NCBI GenBank assembly: GCA_001643675.2
Contig: LSRY02000028.1
Span: 620,001-684,000, forward strand
Reading direction: 5' to 3'
Source: Monocercomonoides exilis PA203
Taxonomy: Eukaryota; Protista; Preaxostyla
DNA: 64,000 nt
Below are positions 36,001-49,730 of this stretch, in pieces. Position numbers and translations under genes: made by a program. Within the stretch, counting starts at the first letter, position 1. Every line of letters begins with the position of its first letter. The notes beneath the pieces are model-generated. The model ran no database searches. It was not told the origin of the DNA and saw nothing but the letters and a program-made list of their open reading frames with translations.

Positions 36001-38761
36001 GTCAGTCTCAACTCTTCCTCGTGGGAACGCAAAACAGGCAACACGCCTTCCAAAGTATGGCTCAGCCGACACAAACACAAACACTGCTGGAATTTCTTCA
36101 TCAACTTCTCCTGCTTCACTTACACCGCAGCCTCTTTCTCAGCCTTCTTCTTCGTCTGCCTCATCGACCATGCGGAAGATGCAGCCACTTTCTCCTCTGC
36201 ATTATCTCCCTCCCTTCGAGCCAGACGCCAGCAAGCAGCCTGTGCTCTTCCTTCCTCCCCATCTCCTTTCGTTCATCCAAACAAGAGTACGCCCACTTTT
36301 CAGGCTGTTTGCGTGTGCTGACTTGGCGCTGCCAGAAAGCACTGCAGAGTATGAGGAGCAAGAAGCACTGGCCAGGAAGATGGAGAAGGAGATCGCAGAG
36401 ATTGAGAGAGACTCCTTCTATCGGCGTCTGAGCGACCTCAACAAGGCGCTGGAGGAAGAGCGGAGCATGAAGAAGAAGCAGGCAGAGGAAGATGGGGCAG
36501 CAGAAGGCGGGATGAAGAACGACGCGATCAACGGACTAGGAATGGGGCAGCTGTCGATGATTTCTGAAGAAGGCGAAGGATGCACACAGGAAATAGGGAA
36601 AGAAGCCAACAGCAACGCAATCACCACGATAACTGCGGAGGAGCTGTTCAAAACGTGGAACATCATCCGCGATGACCCACCGTCTGCGCTGAAGATTTAC
36701 AAACTGAAGAAGCAGATTAGGGCAATCTTCCCTCTGCACAGCAAGTCAGCCAGAAGAGATTCAATGAACACACATTTGGAGCAAAAAATCGAAGACAATT
36801 CAGACGAAACGAAAGAAGAGGAAAACGCAGACAAATCTAATGTTGCAGCAACTAGTGAAGAAGGGCAAAGAGACAGAGAAAGAGAAGGGGTTGCAAGCTG
36901 TGCTGATCCTTCAAATGGCAATTCACGATCAAATTCCTGCACTCTCTCAGAAAATGCAAACATTCCGTCACGGTGCACGCTCAACGCACGACTCTTTCTT
37001 CATCTGCTCCGCCGGGCGCGTCTCTTCGACAGCCGCCTCACACCCGCCATCGCTGCACTCTGCACACAAACCTCAATCTACACGGCCGAAGAAGTGGCAG
37101 CTGCTGAAGAGAGCGTGCGGAAAGCAGAGAAGGAGACGATGGGGCTATTCACTGCGAAGTTTACAGAGCTGCGGAGAGGGCGTAGAATGCGCTCGCGTGT
37201 CCCGTCTGCCAAAGGCGTGTCCCACCACAGCCGCTCTGACTCCATCAGCAGCCGCGTCTCCCTCTCACAGAGGCAGCCCACCCCGCCGAACACCACATCG
37301 CGCTCGAGATCCAACTCAACAGTGTCTGTGGCTGACACGCGCTTTCCTGTCCCGCTGCATCCAGAAGAAGTGGCTGATTTCGCATGGGCTGAAATTCTGA
37401 AGCCAAAGGAGGTGAGCATCCCCACAAACAGATTCCCGTCTCCAGCTGACTTCCATCTTTCAGGCAATAATTCACTTACTCGCCCTTCCTCGCCCACCAG
37501 CGCAAGATCAGTGCAGATGCAGCCTAAGTCGCATCCACCATCTGCTTCTGCATCTTCTGCAGTGCCAACTCCGTTGAGTGCTCACCAAACACAATTGACT
37601 GGTAAAGAGCCTCAAGCAAACTTATCTTCAAATCAGCTGCCTCCATCTTCATCTACCACTTTATCGCCAGCTGAATCGTCTCGACCAGACGAAGCTAATC
37701 AAGAACCAGAGTATAATTTCCCTATTTCACTTTCTTCTCTCTCCTCACTGCTTGACAGGGAGATGCTCTTCCCCGAGTTTATCCAGGCAATTGTGCGATG
37801 CGCGGCTGTCAAATACGACGATCGCTTCGTGAAGCCAACTCCACCGCCACCACCTCCACCTGAACCTGCCCCTCCACAAGCACCTCAGCCAACGCCAGAG
37901 GAAATTGCAGCACAGGAAGAGGCAGCAAAGGCAGCTGCAAAATCAACAGGCAAGTCATCAAGCAATCAAAAGGGCACATCAAAACCAGGCTCTCCACCGA
38001 AGAAAGGAGCGCCTTTGCAACCGTCGCCTGAAGAAATAGCTGCGAAGGAAGCAGCCGAAAGAGAAGCAGCAGAGAAGGAGGCTGCAGAAAAGCGAATGAA
38101 AGAGCAAGAAGAGAAGGCTAAGAGAGAAGCTGTTCCTGTTTTGGGAGAGCCACTGCGATTGGCTGTGCGTGTGGAGCGGTTTGTTGATACTTTGTTAGGT
38201 TCAGTTTTTGGAGAGAATTTGCTGAAGAAGAAAGCGCGACGAATCAAAATCATCCAAAAGAGGCTTAAGCTCAGTGGAGGAGAAGGAGAAGGACTGACTG
38301 AAACGGACGAGTGGGTGTGTGGGGAATATGCGAATGAAGTGAGCGGACTGTTGGCGCTTGACAGCGAAAGAGAGGTGGAAAATAAGTCGGAAATGACCGA
38401 TGAAGAACTGGAGGAATTTGAGGAAAAAGAAGAAATTGATAAGCAGCTGCATATGATATTGGAAGACGGAGAGAAAGAGGACTGGCTGGAAGGACCAGCA
38501 GTATTCCATCAGCCGTCGTTTGCAATCAGTTCGAGGCGAAGGGAACTTCTGAAAGAAAGAGAGGCAACACTCAGACAGCTGAGGAAGGAGATCGAGGAAA
38601 GCGGAATTGAACAGATGGCAGAGTTGGATCAGCTGGGAATGTCTGGCGACGAGGGAGGGATTGGGTTTGATGACGGTGATATGATTGAAGGTGAAAGCGA
38701 TTGGGAAGACGATGAAGTCAGCGATGAAGACGATGAATATGATGAATATGGCTATTATTGA
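33088..38761 (+). CDS. RSPH10B: MORN-repeat radial spoke head protein RSPH10B-like with large low-complexity insertions
   Basis: About 10 MORN repeats over several short exons and a long last exon; N-terminal EPELLTSSIIL; C-terminal EMLFPEFIQAIVRCA. Confidence 0.75.
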
Positions 38762-39106
38762 ACTTATTGAAATAACGATGTATTTTTTTCAAAGAATGTT
38801 TTTAATTTATTTTTGTTATGTAAGAATTTGACATTTAATTTTGAAATTCATTTCATTACTCTTCCATTTCTAATTGTCACAAAACAATTGACAGTTTTGT
38901 GCATGAGAATATTTTTTATTTGAAAAACGTTGAGAAAAATACTGACAAAAAATCCTTGATTTTCTTCTGGTGACGAAGATACATAATAATGCTGCAAAAC
39001 TTATGAAGTGCAAAAAAATGGAGAAAATTGAACAACTTCACAGCATCACATCTGTATCATCCAAAAAATTAATCAAAAAAATAATTACTTGTTTTCATAT
39101 TGAAAT

Positions 39107-39668
39107 TTAAGGTAAAGGCTCCACTGCAAAGCGAAGTTCAGCTCCCGACTCTAACGCCATTCCAATGAAATCGATTGGCCATCCTTTTAAAACAATGGCA
39201 CACGGCTTTTGACGTGGATTTGTTTCTGATTCTTCCATTTGCGTAAAGATATGTGATAAAGTTATTACTAAAAATGTGATTGAATCCATATTTGATGGTG
39301 AAATTCCAGAAACAACAATAATTTGTCCGTCTTGCTTGAATTTACCTGTCAAAAATGCTTTAAATAATAGGATAAAAATTGAATAAATAATTATTTACTG
39401 TTTGTTCATACGTGTTTCTTGATTTGGAAAAGATGTTTTAAAAGCTGCTTCCATTTTACTAGCATCTGACCATTCTGTTGCGCTATGAGAACAGTTTTAT
39501 GCACATGTGAAATGAAAATATCCAAAGATATGAAGAAACAAACTCAAAATGCACTAATGGAATTCCTTCTCCTTTAATTTTTGCTAATATATCTGCATCT
39601 TGCATAGCATTATCAGTTTTAAAAATGAAACCAGTCTTTTTAGCTTCTGTTGGTAAAACTGCAGCCAT
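39107..39668 (-). CDS. Small hypothetical protein (~150 aa, 2 introns)
   Basis: Three coding segments join in frame through GT-AG introns (..LVHFD/ATEWSD..NQET/PFLTGK..). Confidence 0.6.
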
Positions 39669-39930
39669 TTATTATTCAAATGATTGTTTCAAATATTATT
39701 CGTGGTTGATATGATCAAAACAATTTGTCACTCCCTATTGTCTGATAAATGAAATTTTGTTTGAAAATTGTTAAGTTGATAGTATTCATTTTCTTTTTGA
39801 AAAGATTGATTTTCATTTGATCATATTATTCTTATTTTTTTCATCTCACAATATAAAAGTTAAAAAATCAAGTTTGAATGCTTTCTAACAAGCGTTTTTT
39901 GTGCGGTTAATTAAGATATTTTCATTAAGG

Positions 39931-41282
39931 ATGTATCCAAAGGTAGACGAAGATTTGTTGAAAAAAATGCAAATGCATCCAAAGTTTAAGCATATTCTTC
40001 ATGATTACAAGCCAATGGTTATAAATATTTTTATTTTTATGTTCCCATTTGGAATTAAAAATTATTTGTTATTTTCATTGATTTTTCATTTCTTTAGACA
40101 CTTTATGAGAGATTTAAAATTTATATTTTTCCAGGTCCGATTTTGGCATTGATAAAAGGAGTACTCATGGTGTTTACGTTTTTCCTTCACTACGTCTGCC
40201 AAAGGATTGTATTTATTGGATATAATGTTTGAGTTCTATTCATTCATTCATTTTTATATAAATATTCTTTTCAAAATTTCCGATAGGATTGGGAAAAACC
40301 CGCTCCAAAATGGCGTCGAGTTGCTTCACAATATGTCATGAGATTTTGGTGTATTGTTGTGATGGTTTGCGCAGGGTTCTTTCACATCAAGTACATTGAT
40401 CACACAAAAAAACGACCAGTATCTCGGCAACCAAAAGATTTGCCTAAATTCAAGTGGAATGAACCTTATCCACTTGTAGGTCCACATATGTCGCTTTTCG
40501 ATATCATATCCGTTGGAGGATATGTTGGCACCCCATCCTTTGTTGCAAAGGCAACCATGAAAAATGTTCCAATTGTATCATTCTTATTAAAAGCCTATCG
40601 GTGCATTCTTGTTGAAAGGGAAGTCGAAAAAGCTAAAACAGGAAATTCACATTCATCTTCTGCTGGATTAATAGTGAAACGTATTTCAAATCCACAACCA
40701 AGTTTGTAGCCTTTATGGTTTTTAAAGTTCTTTTCATAAAAATTAAAATTATTGATGCCAACAGATGAATACACTCCACTCATTTTTGCGGAGGGAACTA
40801 CTGGGAACGGTACTTGTATCACTCGCTTTAGGAAAGGAGCATTTATTGCAGGAGTGCCAGTCCGCCCATTTGCTGTTCGCTATCCATACAAATTTTCTTC
40901 CATCAATTACGATACAGTTGATGCCTTTCCTTTGATGTGGAACATACTTACACAATTTTACTGCTCTTTCGAATTGGAAATATTTGATGTGTATAACCCA
41001 TCTGAAGCTGAAAAGGCAGATCCACAATTATATGCTTCAAATGTTGGAAGATACATTGCAGATCAGGTTGGATTACCGTACATAGATGATATTGACATGA
41101 GAGATAAAACAGTCTGTCTTCATCTTCTGAGGGGAAAAATATCTTGGAACGAAGCACTGGACGAATTAGACCATATTGATCAGCTTAGAAAAGAAGAAAA
41201 AATCAAAGATGCAGAAAGGGCAAAAGCAAATATGCTTGCACTTCATCGATTGGAGACAAATGATCGAGAAAAAGAGAATTGA
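39931..41282 (+). CDS. Lysophospholipid acyltransferase (LPCAT/PlsC family), multi-exon
   Basis: HMSLFD (HxxxxD), SFVAK, IFAEGTTGNG, FRKGAF, PVRP, YASNV. Confidence 0.88.
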
Positions 41283-41630
41283 ACGAACAGTGATAAATAT
41301 TTTGAGGCATTTTACAATTATTGTGGTTTTTTTTTACGTGAATATGCGTTGAATTTTCAGAAATTACAGAATTTTTGCTTAAAAGAAATATTCATAGATG
41401 AAAAAGTACAAAAAATGGAATGTCAAATGACAAATCGTAAAATACATCAACGTTAATCAAGTGATAATTAATCTTCAATTTCCGGATTGATAAATCGGAT
41501 CGCGAAACCTCAGTATAGTTCAACTGTCGCATTGATTAATATTTATCATTTCTTCAACACGAGTTGCATTTTTGTAATCAAAAGACCAAAACTTGTTACA
41601 GCTTTAAAGTAGTTCATGATCCTTGACATT

Positions 41631-42121
41631 TCATACAGTTTTAGAAGAAATAACATTACTTCTGCATTCTTCAAGTTCCACAAATGATTTTGTAAGATCT
41701 TTTCCCGCTGCAGATAGAACTGCTTGAGATTTGTCTGCAAGTTGTTGCAGCTTTCGTTTATGTTCAAGAACTGTTGAAGTAATTGCTTGGTAATCGTTCA
41801 TCAAAACATTTTCTTTCAAATGGGAAGTCGATGTTAGTAATGATTCAATTGTTGAAATTAAGCTCTCAGCCTCTGCTTCAAAAACAACTTCATCTGCTGT
41901 AGATAAGACTTTCTCTTGGAGCTGAAAAATAAGCAAACATTATGAAAGAAAAATAAACTCAGAGAAATTCATTATTAATTCACACAAACTTTCGAAAGAT
42001 ATATCAGGGTTTCAAAAGATTTAGTTAATTTTTCAAGATCTTGAGTTATGGACGTTTCAATTTCATTGATTGCCTTTTTTGACCGTGAAGCCTGGATGAT
42101 GCTAACAGTTTGTTTTGACAT
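41631..42121 (-). CDS. MED22: Mediator subunit 22-like, 1 intron
   Basis: SFETLIYLSK..AESLISTIESLLTSTSHLKENVLMNDY fits the recalled Med22/Srb6 pattern and size. Confidence 0.65.
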
Positions 42122-42261
42122 TTCAAAATAATAAAATGTATTTTTGATCAACAATTGAAAAAGGTTAATTGAGCTTTCTGGTTTCACAAACAAGGTTTTT
42201 GAACATAACAAATAATAACATATCGAAATAACAGAAACCCATAAGAAATCCAAAATTCTTC

Positions 42262-44072
42262 ATGACTGAACAAACCACTTTACTTGACCAGGAACGTTGG
42301 GAAGGCATATATAAATTGATGGAGCATCCATCTATGCTCACTCCTGACTGCACAGAAGAGCCAGAAAAAGTATGATTAAAAATGTCATAATCAGATTTCA
42401 TTGAGCTTATTTTTAATCTTTCAATCAATTTATGATGAAAATTTACAATCTGTATTATGCAACACTTATTAAATTGTAATACGCGTCATTTAGTTAAAGA
42501 CATTTTTGCATTCAATGAAAATTCTTGTGATTGGTGCAGGAGGTCTTGGATGCGAAGTGTTGAAAGACCTAGCGCTGTCTGGCTTCACAGACATTCACGT
42601 TATCGATTTGGATACAATTGATATTAGTAATTTAAATAGACAATTTTTATTTACGGTTTGAGACTCTTTTATCTTTTGTTTTTGAACTGTCGAATAACTG
42701 TTTCTGGGCTTCTATTGAATTATCCTTCAGGAAAAGGATACAGGAAGGCCAAAAGCAGAAGTTGCAGCCGAGTTTGTTAACAAGCGTGTTGAAGGATGTC
42801 ACGTTACTCCGTTTGCAGAAAACTTTTGAAAATACAATAAATAATTTCATTATTTAAAAAATTTAGATATGTTGGAAATATCAAAGACAAGCCTATAACG
42901 TTTTATCACCAGTTTGATATGGTGATTTCTGGGTTGGATTCTGTTGATGCCCGTCGTTGGATGAACGCGACACTTGTGGATATTGCTCGAGATGGACAGA
43001 TTATTCCTTTCATTGATGGAGGCTCTGAAGGATTCTCTGGGCAAGTTCGTGTGATTCTTCCAACTGTAAATGCATGTTATGAATGCGGAATGATTTTGAT
43101 CCCACCACCTGTTACATTTCCTATGTGCACCATTGCTTCAAATCCTCGTGTTCCCGAGCATTGTGTTGAGTGGTCTTTGCTCGAATTCCCAAAGGCACAT
43201 GGTTTGAATTTTGATGAATATTTTTCATTGACTTCATTTCTTTTATTAACTCTTTTTTTTTGTTTTTTTACATCTTCACTCAGATGGAAGAAAGCCAGAT
43301 GGTGACAAAGAAGAAGATGTGTTGTGGTGTTTGAAATGTGCAAGCGAAAGAGCTGAAAAGTACAAAATCGAAGGAGTTGACTTCAAGCTCACACTTGGCG
43401 TGATTAAACACGTTATCCCAGCTATTGCATCCACAAACTCCATCATTGCAGCGATGTGTGTGAATGAGGCAATGAAGATTGCAATGAATGCCCTTAGCTT
43501 GGATAACTACTGCCAGTACTCTGGTGCTGAGGTAATGTTGATTCTCTTTCGATCTTTCATAAATTTCTTCATTTTTTCCTTTCTCTTTTGAATTTTCATT
43601 AATAATACAATTATTGTGTTTTGCCTTCCTCAATTGAAAATGCTGAAATAACAGCAACCTTACACCAACACATTTGAATTTTCTAAGAACGAGACCTGCC
43701 TTGTCTGTGCAGACATCTCATCCGAGATTGAAGTTCGCAAAGATGCTCAATTCGATGAAATAATGACAAAATTGAAAGAGAATCCAGAATAGTATGAATA
43801 TCAACTTTTCTACATACTTCTTTTTTAATTTATTTATGATTGTATTTTTTTATTTTCAAACAAATTATTTTTACAGTCAAATGAAAAACCCTTCTATTCA
43901 ACTACCTGGAGGAATTCCATTATACATGCGTGCACTTGCTCAAACGCACGATAATTTACAGAAACCAGTTGGAGATCTGTTTGAGTCGGGTACAGAATTG
44001 GCTGTGACAGATCCTGTGTTTCCACAGGGAATGTTCCTTCGACTGAAAGTAAAGTTTTCTAACGATGAGTAG
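42262..44072 (+). CDS. UBA3: NEDD8-activating enzyme E1 catalytic subunit, multi-exon
   Basis: [71 protein letters not shown]-terminal E2-binding MKNPSI. Confidence 0.93.
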
Positions 44073-44228
44073 TTTTATTTTTTGATTGTTATTTAAAATT
44101 TTTTGGCTCTTTAGAAATGCTTTAAAGAAACAATTAATAAATATATTTTTTTAAATCGAACTACGCGAAAGCTTTATTTTATGAAAAATTGATCAAAAAT
44201 TTGAATAATATTTTTATTTGACCGTTCG

Positions 44229-44940
44229 ATGAGTTCTTCAGAGGGCTCTGTAGGGGCAACAAGCCTTTTGCGATGCAAACTTGCTGTTGTTGGTGATGGG
44301 GCTGTTGGAAAGTCGAGTATTGTACAACGATTCATCAGTTCTGATTCTGGATTTAACCCAGCTTACACATTGGTATATATTTTCCATGTTATTAAAAAAA
44401 TTCAGTTTTATCTTTCCATCTTATTGTTCAAAAATAATAAAACAGACTCCTGGCTGCGACCTGGAATTTAAGCAATATTTTGTAAAGGATTACAACACAA
44501 CTGTCGAATTTCTTATTGCTGATGTTGGAGGCCAGCAATTATTCAGCACGCTCCGCAAAGAATATGTATAATATTTTTTAATACGCATTAATGCATAATT
44601 TATTTTCTTTTTTTGATAGTTGACAAATATTTCTGCAGTTTTATATGTTTATGATATTACAAATGAGGAATCCTTTCTCTCTCTTCAAAAATGGTACAAA
44701 GAGGTCGAAGAGGCAGCCGGAAGAAATCTTCCTGGAGTGGTTGTTGGAAATAAAGTTGACTTGCGTTCTGTGGGAATTGTCGATCCTCTCAAAGCTTCTG
44801 AATTTGCTCGTCTTCATGGGCTTTCATTTGTTGAATGCAGCGCAAGCGAGAGCGTAGATGTGCTCTCTCCTTTTGATACAATAGCTACAGATATGTGCAA
44901 GCTATTTCAAGAACGAGTTGAAGCTCTCAAGCTTTTGTGA
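44229..44940 (+). CDS. IFT27: Rab-like small GTPase IFT27/RABL4, 2 introns
   Basis: LRCKLAVVGDGAVGKS, YTLTPGCDL, TVEFLIADVGGQ, PGVVVGNKVDL; no prenylation motif. Confidence 0.8.
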
Positions 44941-45133
44941 TTCATTTCATATCAATTCAAAAACACATATCTTTCATTTCACAATTGTTCAAATCATTTT
45001 TTATATTTAAATCAAGATTCTTGTGATTTGCTGTTTATAAAAAACGATAGCCAAACATTTTAGTTTTTTTCTGATCGACCCACTTCCAAAATAAGGCAAA
45101 CAAAAGTGAGAAAGAAAATTAGAGAGTTCGGTG

Positions 45134-47977
45134 ATGGCGTTGAGTGTCCCTATCGTAGCTCGTATAAATGAGACAGGATTAAAACTTTTATACAGGCTAC
45201 GACTCGAGGTGACAGCTGGAGAGTTGAGAACATTGATTGCTGATGATCTTTTTACTGATAGAGAAAATGTTGTTTTAGTTCATAAAGGAAAATCTTTAGT
45301 TGACAATGTCATTCTCAATGGTAAGTATTTTATGTATTTTTAATATTTTGTTTATAATAATTAAAACTGTATCTTATCCTGCAAACAAAACATGATTTGT
45401 TATTAATTGATTCTCATCGATGAGGATTGGATCCATCACGTCCATTACAGTTTAGAATCATTCTTCGGTATGAATCAAGCACTTTTTTTCCATTTATATT
45501 AATTTGAACACAACAGCGATGGCATACTTCAAAGCGCTTGGTCTTCTTTTAAAGAGAAAAGGCCTCATCAAACAGGAACAACATTTAATAGACTTCCAGA
45601 TTTACCCGTGGGAACAGATATTAAATATCCAAAACTGAAAGACGGAGAACTTTTAATGCAGAGCTACAGTATGGATCAACGAGTAAGAGATTTACTCAGG
45701 ATTCAAACACCGCTTCTCGCGGATGCAATCGAAACAGGGAGTCTGGAGCTTGTTAACAAGATATTGTTGGAGCGTTTTCGAACAGAGATGAAAGCCTATA
45801 TTGTTCATAAGCACAAGGAAGTACGCTTTTCTCTTTGCAAATTTTATACAAATGAATATTTTCGTGATTTAGAAATATGTGACCATTTTTCCTTATGCCC
45901 CAGATGCAAAAGAAGAGCTTTCAAAAGCTCAGAAGAAATTTGCAGTTGAAGGAAACTGGAAGAAGGCACTTCAGCTATTGCCAGATGTATGCCACATCTC
46001 CTGTTGATTCATTTATTTGCTTATTTTGAATATAATCGAAGTCTTTTCATGTTCAAACAAGTTTGTTTTGTGCAGGATTTATCAACGATGTGCGTGTGGC
46101 TATCCTTATTGACTCAGGAGCTGCAAGAACGTTTATCACACTGCAATGTGCAATCAAATGCGGGTGTGCTCTTTTCTAATACTTAATGAAAAAGCTTATC
46201 TTTGATTTATCGATATTCGATTGCTATATATACTATCACAATACTCGTATAAACAATACAATTAATATTATCCTTCCCCACTTCAAATAACTCATTTCCA
46301 GATTGGAAGATGTGATTGACCAGACGATACACGGCACAGCTGTTGGAGTTGGAACTGGGGTCATCATGGGCTATATTCATTCAGTTGATTTGATGGTTTC
46401 TTCTTCTTCTTCTTCTTTTAGAGACACAAATTTATATTTTTTGATTTATCAATTTTTTTATTGCGACAATCACTCCAAATGATATGTTTTTGCAATGGTG
46501 TTACGCGAACAGATTGAAGGAATGCTTGTATCCACTCCAATGTTTGTGCTGGAAGGGGGCGTATTTGATGTATCACTTGGAGTCGACAATTTGCGAAAAT
46601 TTCGAGTTTGTAACAACAGAACTCTTACATTATTTGTGTTTATCATTAAACTTTCACGATTCATTTTTAAATTCAAATACTTTTTTCTCTGCTTTGTCTG
46701 TTTTTCTGATGAAGTGCAAAATCGATTTGATTGATAATTCGATGACGATAGGCCCTTACAAGTGCAATTTCCTCACAGAAGACGAGCTGAGGCATTTCGA
46801 TGATGTCTCACACCCACAACCATCAGCCTCTTCACAGGAAGATCTTTTTAACACAACTTTGCCTCCGTTTTTATCGATTCTTTCTCAGAAAACAACTAAA
46901 AATGGCAGCACATTTCACCAAGACGATGAAGCACCAACTCCACTGCTTTCCAGCTCTTTTGCTTCCACCTCATCCACTTCATCCATTTCATCCCAAACAG
47001 CTTCTCCCCCAGCTGAACTCTCCATCCAAGACAAACCAACAGAATCTCCTTCCAGCCCTTCATATCCAGCCATTGTGATCCATCCTCCCAAAAATGCTGC
47101 ACCTGCCCAGCCGTCTCCTCTGCGCCAAGCTGCAGGAAACGACAACGCCTCTGTTGCATCTGACTCTTCTGATGCTTCCTCTCTATGCCAGGCGCCTTCC
47201 ATCGCCTCAGACATCACTGTGATGTCTGACCACCTCAGCGACTGCGATGTTTCTCATCCGCAGCACAAAAAGCGCCTTCCGTCTGCTTCTTCGTACGCTC
47301 AGCCACAGACAGCTCCGAAGATCGTGGCATCGAGCCAGCCGCAACGTGCAAAGAATCCGTACCCGCCAATCAACCCAGCCACACACCGCGGCGTCCATTC
47401 AGGCTCTGGCCATCGTCGGCTGCTCCTGCCGCTGAATCTGCCTGGCTCAGCAGGCAGCCCCCGAATAGCTGTTCCTCGGGCACTGAAGCCACGCTCGCTT
47501 GGAGATGCACATTCACATTCGCATTCTCATCCTCATTCACATTCACATTCACGCCCACATCACGCACACTCTCCCTCCTCTGCACTTCGCCCTTCTTCTT
47601 ATCACGTTCCGCCGCATGCAGCTTCGCCTGTCTCTGCCTCTCCTCCGAAAGACTATCCTCGCTCAGACCGCCACCACCGCCACCATCACAACCGGTCTGA
47701 TCCTGAGGAATCGCCTCTTCTTTCGCCTGTTCCAAGTCCTCTTGTGCCGCCATCGCCTTCTCCGCCTCACATCCGCACGACAACTTCGCTGCTTGCCAAT
47801 TCAAGCTTGAAAGACGCATCCAGCTCATTTTCTGTGTCGTCGTCGCCGTATCAGTCTTCCCCGTTTGTGGAAACGCTGACAGAAATGGGATTTGGAAAGC
47901 GAGAAGCTATTTATGCTCTGCATCAGTCGCGCGGAAATCTTGAGAAAACGATTCATCTTTTAACTCAAATGCTATGA
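45134..47977 (+). CDS. DDI1: DDI1-like protein (UBL - retropepsin-like aspartyl protease - UBA), multi-exon
   Basis: N-terminal UBL-like exon; ILIDSGAART, GTAVGVG, LGVDNLRKFRCKIDL; C-terminal UBA LTEMGF..ALHQSRGNLE. Confidence 0.85.
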
Positions 47978-49730
47978 AGCTGAAGATGAAACAGGTAAAG
48001 AACTTGATTTTCTTCATTTTTTTGTCTATTTTGTAGCAGATCTATTGTCTTTCTTTACTTTATGTTTCGTTAAAATTCATGTTTGTTTATGCACTTTATG
48101 AATTAGATTTTAAGTTTTTGTTTTATGAAAAAGTATTTCTTCCTTTTTTCCCTTTCTTTTTAGACGCTCTCTCTTATTTGTATAAATAGCATTTAAAAAG
48201 TATTGTTCTGATGCAAAAGAATATGCGTTTCCTTCTCAACTATCATATTGCGTTTTGCCCATTGATTTGTTAACTTTATTTATCCATCGAAAAGTTTGTA
48301 ATCGAAAAATTTTAAATCGAAAATCAAAGAGATAAATGAAAATTGATGAGAAAATTCATTTTCAATTTCAAAAGCCGAAAGACAATTACTGAAATGAAAA
48401 GAGCATTTTTCCGATTTCATATTCGAAATAAATTTGATTTATGTCACTTCCAAAAATTTTCAAAAAAGGAAAAATTTCAATTAAACCTTTATTATTTTTT
48501 CATTACGAAAAAACTATGATTTTTCGGGAGTAAGGCTTTAATATTATAAAACAATGCTTTCTTGGCATTTGCTTTTATGATGATTACATGTTGCAAAGCA
48601 GAAAGAGAATTGAAAATTGACGTTAATGTCAGGGAAGTAATTGAAATTTTTGCATGTAATATGGAGAACATTTGTGAAAATTCATCTGATATTCCTTTGA
48701 TCTCTTCAGTTTTGCATTTTTTCCAATTTCATAAAAGCACTTCTATATCTTTTTGAAATTATAGATTATCCTCGACCTCACACTATCGTTTAAAGAATAA
48801 ATGAAATAAAATTCAAGGTATTAATTTTCAATGCTTTCAAAAGAGAAATTCCTCTTTTGAAATTTTGTTTAGGAAAAGTTGCCCAAAAATATTTATGGTG
48901 ATTTTAATTTTAAGTGTCTTTTTGGATACGAGAAGAAAATCCAGCATCAAATTCAAATTTATTTGAAAATTTTTTCAAATGAGTGTATTGAACAATAAGC
49001 CAATCGATCTTCATGTTCTTCGCTTCAAATTTTGCTATCATAATGAATTGTTAGTGGACCTTTCCTTCAAATGACATTTGCATCAGTTGGTCAAATGAAT
49101 CATAAATGGAATAATATTCATTTTTTTCATCCTTTTCAGAATTTTTCGGCAAATGGGAAAAAAGTTAAAAGACAAAACATTAATAAAGGAGAAAAAAAAT
49201 TGAGAAAATCAGAAAAATTACAGAAACAGATTTTCTCCAAGAAGCAACAGATCTTTATTCTTTTCTTTCCTTCGTTTCATATGCGAGCTTTTGAATAAAT
49301 GTTTTGATGAAATAATATGAAAGATCGTTTGTCTCATTAAATTCACACGTTTTGAAAAAGTTATATTTGTTATTGATTTCACACAATTTTCAACCATTAA
49401 TTCATGCATTTTCATCATTCTTTCGTTTTCAATGACAGTTGATAATATTGTATGAAGTTGTTTATTTGCACTTTTTTGTTAATTGATTTTTCCACATATT
49501 TTTTGATAGACTTGAATTATTCTAATTCCTCATTCATGAATATTGATTGATTTTTCTGAAGATTCAACGATTTTCATGATATGCAGAATGTGACTGCAGC
49601 ATTTCCTGATTGGAAAGAACTAGTATCATGCTTTCCCATAAGTGAATCAAAAGTTATGGGTAGAAAATGTTCACTTCTTGCTTTTTTATTAAGGGCTTAG
49701 AAGAAGAATTTCAGTTTTCTTTTTCTGCTG

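Noticed and set aside
46080-46760. Retrotransposon protease
   Set aside because: Intron-containing, flanked by UBL and UBA domains, no RT or integrase; this is host DDI1.
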